Shown here: positions 19,190-29,633 of the stretch, piece by piece
Layout of the letters: each line of letters begins with the position of its first letter
Position numbering within the stretch: position 1 is the stretch's first letter
Assembly (NCBI GenBank): GCA_903901015.1
Contig: CAIUPH010000004.1
Location: 36,219 to 100,218 of the forward strand
Direction of reading: 5' to 3'
Length of the DNA stretch: 64,000 nt
Source: Candidatus Bathyarchaeota archaeon
GTDB taxonomy: Archaea; Thermoproteota; Bathyarchaeia; Bathyarchaeales; Bathycorpusculaceae
Position numbers and translations under genes: made by a program
Notes under the pieces: generated by a model
What the model was told of the DNA's origin: nothing
The model's database searches: none
What the model saw: the letters and a program-made list of their open reading frames with translations, nothing else

Positions 19190-20491
19190 TTAAAGTTTCG
19201 CTGAAACTTTAAGTGCTTGATCTAAATCTTCGATGAGGTCTTCTGGGTCTTCGATTCCTATGGATAATCTAATGTAGTCTTCTGTGACGCCTGTTGCTTC
19301 TTGCTCTGCCGCGGTTAGCTGCTGATGAGTTGTCGAGGCTGGGTGAACGATGAGGCTCTTTGTGTCGCCGATGTTTACCAGGTGTGAAAATAGCTTTACT
19401 GACTCGATTAGTTTGCGTCCTGAGTCTTTGCCGCCTCTGATTCCGAAGCCGACGAGACCGCCGTAGTTGCCCTGAAGATATTTGGCTGCGATTTTGTGGT
19501 TTGGATTGTCAGTTAAGCCTGGATAGACAACCCAGTTTACTAGCGGATGCTGCTTTAGGAACAGCGCTACTTTCAACGCGTTTTCGGAGTGTTTGCGTTG
19601 TCTAAGAGGCAATGTTTCTAGGCCTTGTAGGAAAAGCCAGGAGTTGAATGGGCTCAGTGCTGGACCTATGTCTCTTAAGAGTTGAACGCGCACTTTGAAG
19701 ATGAACGCGACGTTTCCCAAGCCGGGGAAGTTGCTGAATGCATCCCAGTATTTGAGGCCGTGGTAGCTGGGGTCGGGTTCGGTGAATTCTGGGAATTTGC
19801 CGTTGTTCCAGTTGAATTTGCCGCTGTCCACGATGATGCCGCCGATGCTTGTGCCGTGTCCGCCGATGTATTTTGTGGCTGATGTAGTTAGTATGTCTGC
19901 TCCATAGTCAATTGGCCTGACTATTCCTATTCCAACGGTGTTATCGACGACTAAGGGGATGCCTGCTTCATGGGCTATTTTAGCTAAAGCCTCAAAATCG
20001 GGAACGTCAAGTTTGGGGTTGCCGATGGTTTCCGCGTAGATGGCGCGTGTTTTTGAGGTTATGGCTTTTTTGAATTCTTCGGGTTTTTGTGAGTCAACGA
20101 AGATTACTTTTCTGCCAAGCTTTGCGAAGGTGTAGTGCAGAAGGCTGTAGGTTCCGCCGTAGAGGTTGTTGGCTGCAACGATTTCGTCGCCAACCTGTGT
20201 TATAGCCAGCAGAGACAGTGAGATGGCGGCTTGTCCTGAAGCCACTGCCAATGCGCCTGTTCCGCCTTCGATGGCGGCTACTCGTCGCTCGAAGATGTCG
20301 TTTGTGGGGTTTATTATTCGGGTGTAGATGTTTCCGAGTTCTTTTAGGGCGAAAAGATTCGCCGCGTGTTCGGTGTTTTTGAAGACATATGAAGTCGTTT
20401 GGTAGATCGGGACTGCCCGTGACCCTGTTGTTGGGTCAGGGGTTTCTTGACCTGCGTGGACGGCTATTGTGTCTAATCTTTTTTTAGTCAT
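19190..20491 (-). CDS. metY: O-acetylhomoserine sulfhydrylase
   Basis: [29 protein letters not shown] lysine, [15 protein letters not shown]. Confidence 0.94.
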   Translation of the reverse strand: MTKKRLDTIAVHAGQETPDPTTGSRAVPIYQTTSYVFKNTEHAANLFALKELGNIYTRIINPTNDIFERRVAAIEGGTGALAVASGQAAISLSLLAITQVGDEIVAANNLYGGTYSLLHYTFAKLGRKVIFVDSQKPEEFKKAITSKTRAIYAETIGNPKLDVPDFEALAKIAHEAGIPLVVDNTVGIGIVRPIDYGADILTTSATKYIGGHGTSIGGIIVDSGKFNWNNGKFPEFTEPDPSYHGLKYWDAFSNFPGLGNVAFIFKVRVQLLRDIGPALSPFNSWLFLQGLETLPLRQRKHSENALKVALFLKQHPLVNWVVYPGLTDNPNHKIAAKYLQGNYGGLVGFGIRGGKDSGRKLIESVKLFSHLVNIGDTKSLIVHPASTTHQQLTAAEQEATGVTEDYIRLSIGIEDPEDLIEDLDQALKVSAKL

Positions 20492-20682
20492 GTTTTTTAG
20501 TGCTCCTTGTTTTGTTTGTTAGAACAAGACAACCGATAACGCCGTTATAACCATTTTTGCAACAAATATTCCAAAAAGAATAACACAGCAAAATGCGGCA
20601 TAACCAATTCTTGGACACACAACGTTTTTTAGCTGCACAACCAAAAAATAACACCGTTATTAAACAGTCTTGAGGACAAAAA

Positions 20683-21660
20683 ATGAAAGCTTTAGGCTTA
20701 CTATCAGGCGGATTAGACAGCACTCTATCATTGAAACTCATCTTAGAACAGGGAATCGATGTTGAAGCCATCAACTTCGTAACCCCCTTCTGTCTATGCA
20801 GAAAAGGCGGATGCGGCGCCACAGAAGCAGCAAAAACATTCAACATACCACTCAAACACGTCAGCGCAGGTACCGACTACCTACGAATAGTCAGAAACCC
20901 CAAGTTCGGCTACGGAAAAAACCTCAACCCCTGCGTAGACTGCAGAATCTTTATGCTAAAAAAAGCAAAAAAATACGCCAAACAAATCGGCGCAAAATTC
21001 ATTTTCACCGGCGAAGTACTTGGCCAGCGTCCCATGTCCCAGCATAAAGGCGCCCTGGACCTAATCGAGTGGGAAGCTGGGTTGGAAGGAAAAATTCTTC
21101 GTCCCCTGTCTGCAAAGCTTTTGCCAGAAACCGAAGCGGAATCGAAAGGATTCGTTGATAAGGAATCTCTCAGGGACATCAGCGGACGTTCGAGGAAGCC
21201 GCAAATTCAAATGACCAAGGAATTCAACATCGTTAATTATCCTTGTGCGGCGGGCGGGTGTCTGCTCACTGACAAAGAATTTGCGGGCAAATTACGAGAT
21301 TTGTTCGGGCATAAAAAAAGAGTAACCGTCAAAGAAGTTAACTTACTCAAAGTCGGCAGACACTTCAGGTTTGGGGACAACAAGATAATTGTGGGCAGAA
21401 ACGAACGTGAAAACGGCGTTCTCCTACAATCCAAGCAAAAAACCGATTTCTACTTTGAAGTCCCAGAAGGCGGCAGCCCAACAACCATCCTTCAAGGACC
21501 CAAAACAAGTCTGGCAATCCGAAAAGCCGCTGCTTTAACCGTCTTTCACTCAGACACTAAACTTTCCGAGGTTCAAGTGGTCTTCGGTAAAAATAAGCTT
21601 GATAAGAAGATAACGGTGCTTTTGCCTTCTTTAGCTGAAGTGGATGAATTAAGAATTTGA
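20683..21660 (+). CDS. ThiI/MnmA-like tRNA sulfurtransferase-family PP-loop protein
   Basis: LLSGGLDS PP-loop, NPCVDC, GEVLGQRPMSQ, AGGCLLTD, GRHFR, GRNEREN. Confidence 0.8.
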   Translation: MKALGLLSGGLDSTLSLKLILEQGIDVEAINFVTPFCLCRKGGCGATEAAKTFNIPLKHVSAGTDYLRIVRNPKFGYGKNLNPCVDCRIFMLKKAKKYAKQIGAKFIFTGEVLGQRPMSQHKGALDLIEWEAGLEGKILRPLSAKLLPETEAESKGFVDKESLRDISGRSRKPQIQMTKEFNIVNYPCAAGGCLLTDKEFAGKLRDLFGHKKRVTVKEVNLLKVGRHFRFGDNKIIVGRNERENGVLLQSKQKTDFYFEVPEGGSPTTILQGPKTSLAIRKAAALTVFHSDTKLSEVQVVFGKNKLDKKITVLLPSLAEVDELRI

Positions 21661-21751
21661 CTTGAAGGATTTTTGGGGTTGTTTGTATGTGTTGTTTGGC
21701 AGGGTTTTATTCCAAAAAGAATATAACGCCGTTAAGTACTGAACTGTAAGC

Positions 21752-22306
21752 ATGTTCCCGACCCTCGAAGACATCGCCAGGCGCCGCAGACAACTAGGTC
21801 TAAAACAGAGCGAACTCGCCAAAGCTGCAAGCGTCAGCCAATCATTAATCGCCAAACTCGAAGCAGGAACCATAGATTCATCCTACACCAAAGTAAAAAC
21901 CATCTTCGACGTCCTCGAACACTTAGAATTCAAAACCAAAGTTAAAACCGAAAAAATCCTCCACAACGAAGTCGTATCCGTACAAAAAAGCGACCTCATC
22001 TCAAAAGTCGTCAACATGATGAAGGAACACGGATACTCCCAGATTCCCGTCTTCGAAGGAAAACAATCCGTCGGAAGTGTGTCAGAAAAAGCAATTTTGA
22101 GGCAGATTTTGGCGGGGAAAGATTTAGAGGATATCTCTAAGCTGCCGACTGGGGAAATTATGGAGGAGGCTTTTCCGCAGATAAACGAGGACGCGCCGCT
22201 GTCGTTAATCACCAGCCTTTTGCAGACTTACTCGGCTGTTTTAGTGTCCAGAAAAGGCGTCGTGATAGGCATCATTACGAAAGCAGACCTGCTGAGAATG
22301 CTCTAA
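21752..22306 (+). CDS. XRE-HTH + CBS-pair transcriptional regulator
   Basis: LKQSELAKAASVSQSLIAKLEAG HTH, then two CBS repeats (GYSQIPV, GIITKADLL). Confidence 0.9.
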   Translation: MFPTLEDIARRRRQLGLKQSELAKAASVSQSLIAKLEAGTIDSSYTKVKTIFDVLEHLEFKTKVKTEKILHNEVVSVQKSDLISKVVNMMKEHGYSQIPVFEGKQSVGSVSEKAILRQILAGKDLEDISKLPTGEIMEEAFPQINEDAPLSLITSLLQTYSAVLVSRKGVVIGIITKADLLRML

Positions 22307-22325
22307 TCCGCGGGTTTACTGTAGC

Positions 22326-22706
22326 TTAAATGTAGTATTCAGGTTTGGAAATTTCAGAGTTTAAAGGTTCTTTTTTGCAAAATGTGGCGCAGAGATTACA
22401 AAAATCCAGCGTAATATCGCCCGCGGCAATCTCTTTGCTCACCAGTTTCTGGGCAGTTTCAACCGCCATGGACTGGATTTTCGGCAGGTACTGCTCAACA
22501 TGTTCGATGCCTTTGTAGGCTCGTTTTGCGCTGAGGTATTGGCTTACGGCGGCTTGGGTGGTTCCGAGTTTTTTAGCTGCCTCGGTCTGTGAAAGATGGT
22601 ATTTTTGGACGAGCTCTTTGGCAAGCATAGAGCGGAAGATTGGCAGGACGTATTTGCCGATTATTTCGCATTGTGGATCCATTATTATCGCTCCATTATA
22701 ACACAC
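22326..22706 (-). CDS. Archaeal HTH transcriptional regulator with Cys motif
   Basis: PQCE...LSQTEAAKKLGTTQAAVSQYL..KR and FCNLC. Confidence 0.85.
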   Translation of the reverse strand: MCYNGAIIMDPQCEIIGKYVLPIFRSMLAKELVQKYHLSQTEAAKKLGTTQAAVSQYLSAKRAYKGIEHVEQYLPKIQSMAVETAQKLVSKEIAAGDITLDFCNLCATFCKKEPLNSEISKPEYYI

Positions 22707-22856
22707 TTATACTTATAAGTCATTTCCGAGCCAACCCACACAACTGTATATTAAACTGTATATCAAAACGTATAAGCACACACCCCTCAGTAGCTAAACA
22801 ACACCTCCAGCATAACCTTAATACCGCAGACAAACCCAAAAGGTAATGGTGATTTT

Positions 22857-23288
22857 TTGAGTACTAAAGAAAACATGAAGTTAATGACAACCTTAGACGA
22901 TGCCTGGAACGGACAAAACTGGAAAACATTCAAGGAACGCCACTCCGAAAACGTCATTGTACACTGGCCGGGGCAACCTAAACCCACAGTCGGCCGAGAA
23001 GCGCACCACAAGGAATCGGTTGAATTCTTCAAAACCTTCGACAACAAACTGGTAAACAACCCCTACAAGATTCTTTTCGGCGACGGCAACTACACCTGCT
23101 CCGTTGCGGATTGGACAGCAACCATGATTGGACCCATGAAGATGCCCGACGGCAAAATCATCCCGCCCACCCACAAAACTGCGAAGTTGGAATTCTGCAC
23201 CGTTGCAACATGGAAAAACAACGAAATCACAGAAGAACGCCTGTTCTACGACGTCGTCGGAATGATGAAGCAACTAGGATTAACATAG
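22857..23288 (+). CDS. SnoaL-like ester cyclase (NTF2 fold)
   Basis: DDAWNGQNW...GREAH...IPPTHK...ITEERLFYD. Confidence 0.8.
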   Translation: MSTKENMKLMTTLDDAWNGQNWKTFKERHSENVIVHWPGQPKPTVGREAHHKESVEFFKTFDNKLVNNPYKILFGDGNYTCSVADWTATMIGPMKMPDGKIIPPTHKTAKLEFCTVATWKNNEITEERLFYDVVGMMKQLGLT

Positions 23289-23470
23289 TCCGATATGCAA
23301 GAATGGTGCCAACAACACCTTACACCCAATACCTACCTCTCTTTTCTCGAGGTTCCCTTTTTGGCAAAGACAGCATGCTTTGGATATGTCGCAGTCAAAA
23401 TTGGAATTACAGAAAAACCTGCTTGCCAAGCCCATGCTTGAATAATGCAACGCAGTTTAAGAGTTCAAAA

Positions 23471-23710
23471 TTATGAACTGCCTAAAACCCCAACTACCTT
23501 AAGTCTACTCATAACTTCTTCATCGTGGGGCGCAATTTCCATTTCCTCAGTTAAATCTTGACCCGCCAAATGCCCCATATGGTCTCCGTCACCCCATTGG
23601 GACGAGTCGGTGGCATCGTACACTTTGCCTTTGTAGCCGACGTATGCTGGTTTACCGTCTTTTCCGTTAAACTCGCTTAGTTCGCTTTTCGAAAATATTC
23701 TGTCTTCCAA
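23471..23710 (-). CDS. Cytochrome b5-like heme/steroid-binding protein
   Basis: ELSEFNGKDGKPAYVGYKGKVYDAT...W..GDHMGHLAGQDLT...APH. Confidence 0.88.
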   Translation of the reverse strand: MEDRIFSKSELSEFNGKDGKPAYVGYKGKVYDATDSSQWGDGDHMGHLAGQDLTEEMEIAPHDEEVMSRLKVVGVLGSS

Positions 23711-23834
23711 CTTTAATCGCTCCTTTGTTCCTTTGAGTAGAATTTGCCTTGGAAGCTATAAACCATCTGTGGGTGCAGATAGACAACCATAAACAGCCTT
23801 AACGCCGCTTTGCAAGTAAAAACATGCATTGTTT

Positions 23835-24233
23835 TTATTTTGCAGTTTCAGCGTTTGCTTCGCTTTCATGTGCTTTTTTGATGGCTAAACCCAAAAATGT
23901 GTAGCCGACCGATAACGCTATGATGGTTCCAGCCGACACTGCATAACCATAAGCCAATCATGCCAAATAACCCATGACTACATTTAAAACCTGTATTAGA
24001 ACTATGATTCTCACATACTGCCAAATACTGTGAAAAGAAAGATGTTGAATCAAACTATATTCTCCAAAAATGTTTAGGTTAAAATTGAGAAACTGCTGTT
24101 TAGATAGAAGCCTTTTTTGTTTAATATTTATATGTGGTTGCTTGGAGGTAGCAACAAGTTCAACATTCACCCCCGCAACATTGTTTGACTGATTCACCTT
24201 TTTTTGGAAAAAAACTTTTTTCCCTAAAGGCAA
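23835..24233 (-). pseudogene. Membrane-protein gene interrupted by in-frame TGA
   Basis: The ORF-track frame continues past TGA 23958-23960 (VMGYLA*LAYGYAVSAGTIIALSVGYTFLGLAIKK...ETAK*) with hydrophobic helices on both sides. True start unclear. Confidence 0.4.
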
Positions 24234-24338
24234 ACTGGAAAATCAACAAAAAACTTAACTAACCCAAACCAGTTCTGTTGAAGTAGCAACCGACCGAAGA
24301 AAAATTTTGATTATTACTGTCAAGAGAGATGAAACTAT

Positions 24339-25046
24339 TTGGAAAACACACAAACCCCAAAGCCAAACGGCAATTCTAAGATACAGGTTTTAAAAAATGG
24401 ACCATACTTGGTCTCTGGAAACGTCCCATTATTCAAGGCAACCATAAAATGCGATGGACAAGGAATCCCGATTGAATGGACGTTTAGCCCCAAGCTGCAA
24501 ACTCCTGAAACCTACGCTTTGTGCCGATGCGGAAAATCAAGCAATAAACCGTTCTGCGACGGAAGCCACGTGAAGGCGCATTTTGACGGGACAGAAGTAA
24601 GCGACAATGAACCGTTTGAGAAGATGGCGAAGACAATCGATGGACCCGCGTTGAAACTTAAGGATGCTGAACTCTTTTGTGCGTCGGCGCGTTTTTGCCA
24701 TCGGGGAGGCGGCATCTGGGGGCAGATTCCAGAATCTGGCAACCCTGAACTAAAACAGAACGCCATACGAAACGCCTTCGACTGTCCCTCAGGTCGGCTG
24801 GTAGTAGTGGATAAGAAGAGCTGCAAAAACCTTGAGCCGTCCATTGAGAAATCAATCGGTTTCATCATGGACCCTGGGATGGGTGTGGATGGACCAGTTT
24901 GGGTTCGCGGCGCAATCCCAGTTTATTCTGCTGACGGAAAAATCTATGATGTTAGGAACCGCGTGACTCTTTGCCGCTGTGGAAAATCAACCAACAAACC
25001 GTTTTGCGATAGCAGTCATTACCCAGAGGAAGACAAGGAGAGGTGA
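24339..25046 (+). CDS. Tandem CDGSH iron-sulfur protein with central divergent ferredoxin-like domain
   Basis: LCRCGKSSNKPFCDGSH, CASARFCH...CPSGRL, LCRCGKSTNKPFCDSSH. Confidence 0.9.
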   Translation: MENTQTPKPNGNSKIQVLKNGPYLVSGNVPLFKATIKCDGQGIPIEWTFSPKLQTPETYALCRCGKSSNKPFCDGSHVKAHFDGTEVSDNEPFEKMAKTIDGPALKLKDAELFCASARFCHRGGGIWGQIPESGNPELKQNAIRNAFDCPSGRLVVVDKKSCKNLEPSIEKSIGFIMDPGMGVDGPVWVRGAIPVYSADGKIYDVRNRVTLCRCGKSTNKPFCDSSHYPEEDKER

Positions 25047-25388
25047 TTGATGATGAGCAAAAATGAAAACCGCAAACCCCAGCAGGGTAAAAGCAACATT
25101 GAAGACACTTTGAAATCCAAAGAGAAAGCTTTCGTTCTATTCTATGCTTCATGGTGCCCATATTCGCAGAGGTTCCTGCCGATTTTTGAAGAGTATGCAA
25201 AAGCCAATCCGCAAGAGTGTATGAGTGTTGTGATTGACGATAAACCTGATTTATGCGAAAAATACGCAATAGACTACTACCCAACCGTGCTGCTTTTCAA
25301 GAAAGGACAAGTAAAAAAGAGAATCGACGCGACACCGGGGCTTGGCCTAACCAAAAAACAGCTCAAAGATCTTACGTCTAACCCGTAA
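25047..25388 (+). CDS. Thioredoxin-fold protein with CxxS active site
   Basis: FYASWCPYS and YYPTVLLFKKG cis-Pro loop; real start probably ATG 25050 or 25053 after GAGGTGA. Confidence 0.82.
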   Translation: MMMSKNENRKPQQGKSNIEDTLKSKEKAFVLFYASWCPYSQRFLPIFEEYAKANPQECMSVVIDDKPDLCEKYAIDYYPTVLLFKKGQVKKRIDATPGLGLTKKQLKDLTSNP

Positions 25389-25396
25389 GCTCTTTT

Positions 25397-25945
25397 CTAC
25401 TGTATTTTTTGGGCAAGCTCTTTTGTCCATCTTCGGATGCCATCCAAGTCTCTTGTATCGTAGACTCCGGGTTCCGTTTCTTTATATTCCGCCGCAATTT
25501 TCGGTCGCTCCATTTCTAAGCCTTTCTTGGCAAACCACGGCACTTTGTTAAAGTTGTAGACGCCGCCAAACAAGCCCAAGGCGACGGGTTGCAGATTGTA
25601 CTTGGCGGTTTTTTCTTCAAGATACTTCCGTCGGGCATTTTCAGCTGCATCGGGTTTAGTTTTGTCACTGGCTGAACCGCAGCATACGAAAAGCGCCAGT
25701 TTTTTGGTTGTGAGTTCTTTTTGGTGTTTTTTTAGGAAGTCTTCGGGTTCGCCCGTCCACCTATTCATTTGGATTCCACTGCCAACTACGATGAGGTCGT
25801 ATTCGGCTATGCCGCTGATTTTTTCTTCTTTCGCATTCACTACTTTAACGTCTAAGCCTTCTTGACTGAGGATACCCGGGATTTCTTGAGCTGTACTGGC
25901 TGCTGCACCATACCTTGTTCCATAAACAATCAGGGCTTTACTCAT
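25397..25945 (-). CDS. Long-chain flavodoxin-domain protein (HemG/Flavodoxin_5-like)
   Basis: ALIVYGTRYGAA, YDLIVVGSGI, LALFVCC, LFGGVY, DTRDLDGIRRW. Confidence 0.82.
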   Translation of the reverse strand: MSKALIVYGTRYGAAASTAQEIPGILSQEGLDVKVVNAKEEKISGIAEYDLIVVGSGIQMNRWTGEPEDFLKKHQKELTTKKLALFVCCGSASDKTKPDAAENARRKYLEEKTAKYNLQPVALGLFGGVYNFNKVPWFAKKGLEMERPKIAAEYKETEPGVYDTRDLDGIRRWTKELAQKIQ

Positions 25946-26077
25946 CGCTTACACAATCTCTCACTGTGACTAAGTAATTATTTAATTCGTCGATTATTTC
26001 TCGTGTGATATTAAACAGATGGGAACCACATTCGCTTTAATGGAAAAAAGAGTATAAGTTTGGGTTAATTTCCCGAT

Positions 26078-26428
26078 TTATTTTTTAGTTGCTTCGGGAC
26101 TGGGCATTTTGGTGTAGATTATGTTGCAAATTGAGTTTTGAGCGTTTTTTAAATCATAGTTTTCGCATGCGCCTACATTGTCATCTTTTTCCTGTTTCCC
26201 TTTTAGTTTGCACATGTGAAGCATCTTAAAACTAAATAGCCGTAGGTTTCCCTGTGAGCGGAACCAAACGTTGTATTGTCCATGTTTCTCTTTGTTGATA
26301 GCCACAATGTCTGATTGTAAATCGCCTGTTTTGCGCATGTGCTCTTTGATTGTGCAGTTGTAAGGCACAAGTATCTTGAGTTTTAAGGTGTCATGTTTGC
26401 ATTCCCAGCAAATATTCGTGTTACTCAT
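26078..26428 (-). CDS. Hypothetical Cys-containing protein
   Basis: 116-aa ORF with CWEC; no recognised family. Confidence 0.45.
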   Translation of the reverse strand: MSNTNICWECKHDTLKLKILVPYNCTIKEHMRKTGDLQSDIVAINKEKHGQYNVWFRSQGNLRLFSFKMLHMCKLKGKQEKDDNVGACENYDLKNAQNSICNIIYTKMPSPEATKK

Positions 26429-26612
26429 ATTTCGTTACCTGTTTTCTGGTTTAACTTGAAACTGCAAATAACGGTTTTTGAGAATCCAAATTTGCCAGTT
26501 TGCCAAGTGCGACTAAAACAACCTGAAAAGTGGCGCTAACTTGTTAATTCGGCTTTGCTAAAAGCAGTATTCAACTTGACAAACAAGAAACGCCGTTGCG
26601 GCGACAAATCTG

Positions 26613-29600
26613 TTATTGTTTGGGCATTAATTGCTGGTATTCAGCGTTAACAGCGCCATGCTTGTTTAGGAGGGTGTTGTTTATTTTTCGCCAGTCATCG
26701 TTTATGCTTGGCCAGATTGGACCGCCAATGATGCTTTTCTTGACGTAGTCGCCCAGCGATTTTTGCCGTTTTATGGTTCGTTTATTCCAGTCTACAGTGA
26801 TTAATCCTGAACGTCTCAGGTACTGGAGGTTTCGCGCCATCTGGTTTGAGTTGATGGGGTAGGTTATTGCACTGTTTAAGTCGTCGGTTAACGAATCGAT
26901 TGAGAATTCATCTTCAACCCGAAGGGCTACGGTTGCAATCATGTCCTGCATCAGCTTTGCCGTTCTAGTAACGTAGAGGGTTCTTTTCGGCACCAAAGTC
27001 TGCTCGATGCGGTATGCGTGGCGTTTGTAGAACCAGTTCTTCACAAATTCAGCAAGCACCAAATACGCAGAAAGCAGAAGTAGCAACAATAAGAAGAAGA
27101 GTGGTGGAGGTGCAACGAACCCAAACACTTGACCAAGTGGGGTGAAGGGCATGATTAACGCAAAGGCAAGTATAGCTACGGCGCTAATTACTAAGTATTT
27201 GCTGGGTTTGCTCTTCCAGAAGGGGTTTCTTCGCGTTCTAATTATGAACACTACTAAGATTTGTGAGCAGAGGGACTCGATGAACCATGCTGTTTGGAAT
27301 AGGGAGACATCGTGAGGACTGTAGCCTACCAATGGGATGCTGAAGACCATGAGCATGATGAAGAAGGTTAAGAAGTCAAATAGGGAGCTGACTGGACCCA
27401 TGTACAGCATAAACCTTCTGATGTAGCTGATGTCCCATCGTTTGGGTCGCTCAACGTACTCGTCGTCAACGCTGTCGGTTGTGATTGTCGATTGGGAAAC
27501 GTCGTAGAGCAGGTTGTTTAGTAGAATCTGGACGGGAGCCATAGGTAGAAAAGTTAAGAATATGGCGGCGCCTGCAACGCTGAACATGTTGCCAAAGTTG
27601 GAGCTGACGCCAAGCATGATGTACTTCATGGTGTTGCCGAAGGTTTTGCGTCCTTCAAAAACACCTTCAGCCAGCACGGTTAAGTCGTTTCTCGATAAAA
27701 TGATGTCGGCGGATTCTCTTGCGACGTCTACAGCGTTGTCGACTGACACTCCAACGTCGCTGGTTTTCAGTGACGGCGCATCGTTAATCCCGTCGCCCAT
27801 GTAGCCTACCACGTGTCCGTTCCGCTTGAGCAAAGTTATTATGCGGTCTTTCTGGATGGGGTTAACGCGGCAGAAAACGTTTGCTTCCTCAACCACCGCA
27901 GTCAACGCTTCATCCGACATGTTAGCAATGTCCGTTCCAAGAGCAACGCCTTTCACTTCAAAGCCCAGTTCATCACAGACTTTCCGCGTGACCAATTCGT
28001 TGTCGCCCGTGAGAACTTTAAGTTCAATACCAGCCTTGATGAGCATTTGAAGCGATTGTTTAGCAGTCTCTTTAGGCGGGTCAAGGAAAGCAACAAAACC
28101 CAAAAACACCATATCGTTTTCATCGTTTATGGAGTAAACGGCTTTATCTTCTTTGATTCGTTTGTACGCGATGCTTAAGACTCGTAAGCCTTCAGCGCTG
28201 TAATCCTGATATTTCTGCTCAATTTTCTTTCGATTTTCCTCGGTGAGGTCCGCTACTCCCCTGCGCAGTTCAAAGTAGCTGCAGACTTTGAGGATTTCTT
28301 CTGGAGCACCCTTAGCTATGAAGAATCTTTGTCCCTCTCGTTCAACCACTACGGAAACACGTCTTCGGATAAAGTCAAAGGGCACTTCATCGATTTTCAG
28401 GATTTTTGAGGTGTCGATTTCTTTGTGTTTCAGGATGGCTTCGTCAAGGGGGCTTTTTAACCCAGTTTGGAAGGTGCTGTTGAGGAATGAGTAGAGGAAT
28501 ACTTTTTCGTCTTCTGTTCCTTCCATGTCAACGTTTAAGATTAGTTTAATTCGGTTCTCCGTGAGCGTGCCAGTTTTGTCAGTGCAAAGCACGTTCATGC
28601 TGCCAAAGTTCTCTATGGCGGATAGCCGCTTTACGATGACGCCTTTCTTGGACATTGCCATGGCGCCTCGAGACAGGTTAATGGTGATAATCATGGGCAA
28701 AAGCTCAGGAGTCAACCCTACGGCTAACGCAACCGCAAAAAGCAGCGCCGTCACAACGCCGTTGGTGGTGGGGTTGCGCAGAGAAATTATCAAGAAGACA
28801 AAGATGACCAAAAGAAAAGTCATTTGCATGATAAGAAAACCAAAACCTCTGATGCCGCGTTCAAACTCGGTTTCGGGCGCTTTTTCAGTGAGTTTCTTAG
28901 CGATTTTACCGTATTCTGTCAAGCTGCCAGTTTTAACAACCAATGCGGTTGCGGTGCCGCTTACCACGGATGTGCCCATGAAGCAGAAATTGTTCCATTC
29001 AGTAATGCCGCCTTCCTTGGTTTTTATTGTGCTCGCGGTTTTCTCTACTGGAAATGACTCGCCCGTTAGGGATGATTGGTTGATGAACAGGTCTTTGGCG
29101 CTTATGACGCGTGAATCTGCAGGGGCTATGTCGCCAGCTGACAGGTAAATGAGGTCTCCGGGCACGATTTCTGGCAGCTTGATTTCCTGTTTAACATTAT
29201 CCCTAAGGACGGTGGCGGTTGAGGTGACTTTTTGTTTAAGCAGTTGAGCCGCTTTCTCCGCTTTGCTCTCCTGATAATAGTCAAGTATTACGCTGATGAA
29301 AATAATGGATAGGATGATTGCAGTGTTGGCTATTTCGCCGAAGTAACCAGAAATTATGCCCGCAACCAAAAGGATGATTACGAGTGGACTTTTGAAGTGT
29401 GAGAGGAATTCTTTGAGGGCGTGGTGCTGGTGTTCGCGGGCAAGTTCGTTTCTGCCATAGACTTCAAGGCGTTCTGCTACCTGCTCGGAGCTGAGTCCCT
29501 GCGGCGAAACTTTCAAGCGCGCCATGAGTTCCTCGATGGGCAGGCTTACCATGTCGTCAGTGGTTAACAATGGCTGCGTAGCGACACCTGACTTGTTGTT

Positions 29601-29633
29601 TGCGTTGCTGCCGTTTTGCACTGCCTTCGCCAT
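26613..29633 (-). CDS. mgtA: Mg2+-translocating P-type ATPase (P3B) with ~130-aa C-terminal extension
   Basis: LTGES, GLTPELLP, CTDKTGTLT, IDEVPFDFIRRR, FLDPPKE, GDGINDAP, SSNFGNMFS, NNLLYD, QTAWFIES. Confidence 0.92.
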   Translation of the reverse strand: MAKAVQNGSNANNKSGVATQPLLTTDDMVSLPIEELMARLKVSPQGLSSEQVAERLEVYGRNELAREHQHHALKEFLSHFKSPLVIILLVAGIISGYFGEIANTAIILSIIFISVILDYYQESKAEKAAQLLKQKVTSTATVLRDNVKQEIKLPEIVPGDLIYLSAGDIAPADSRVISAKDLFINQSSLTGESFPVEKTASTIKTKEGGITEWNNFCFMGTSVVSGTATALVVKTGSLTEYGKIAKKLTEKAPETEFERGIRGFGFLIMQMTFLLVIFVFLIISLRNPTTNGVVTALLFAVALAVGLTPELLPMIITINLSRGAMAMSKKGVIVKRLSAIENFGSMNVLCTDKTGTLTENRIKLILNVDMEGTEDEKVFLYSFLNSTFQTGLKSPLDEAILKHKEIDTSKILKIDEVPFDFIRRRVSVVVEREGQRFFIAKGAPEEILKVCSYFELRRGVADLTEENRKKIEQKYQDYSAEGLRVLSIAYKRIKEDKAVYSINDENDMVFLGFVAFLDPPKETAKQSLQMLIKAGIELKVLTGDNELVTRKVCDELGFEVKGVALGTDIANMSDEALTAVVEEANVFCRVNPIQKDRIITLLKRNGHVVGYMGDGINDAPSLKTSDVGVSVDNAVDVARESADIILSRNDLTVLAEGVFEGRKTFGNTMKYIMLGVSSNFGNMFSVAGAAIFLTFLPMAPVQILLNNLLYDVSQSTITTDSVDDEYVERPKRWDISYIRRFMLYMGPVSSLFDFLTFFIMLMVFSIPLVGYSPHDVSLFQTAWFIESLCSQILVVFIIRTRRNPFWKSKPSKYLVISAVAILAFALIMPFTPLGQVFGFVAPPPLFFLLLLLLLSAYLVLAEFVKNWFYKRHAYRIEQTLVPKRTLYVTRTAKLMQDMIATVALRVEDEFSIDSLTDDLNSAITYPINSNQMARNLQYLRRSGLITVDWNKRTIKRQKSLGDYVKKSIIGGPIWPSINDDWRKINNTLLNKHGAVNAEYQQLMPKQ

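Noticed and set aside
20492-20682. SAM riboswitch or T-box upstream of metY
   Set aside because: No recognisable conserved helices or consensus; the region looks like a plain AT-rich divergent promoter.
25044-25049. CDGSH and thioredoxin ORFs in the same frame separated by one TGA (read-through fusion)
   Set aside because: GAGGTGA there is a well-placed RBS for the ATG at 25050/25053, which fits translational coupling of two complete proteins.
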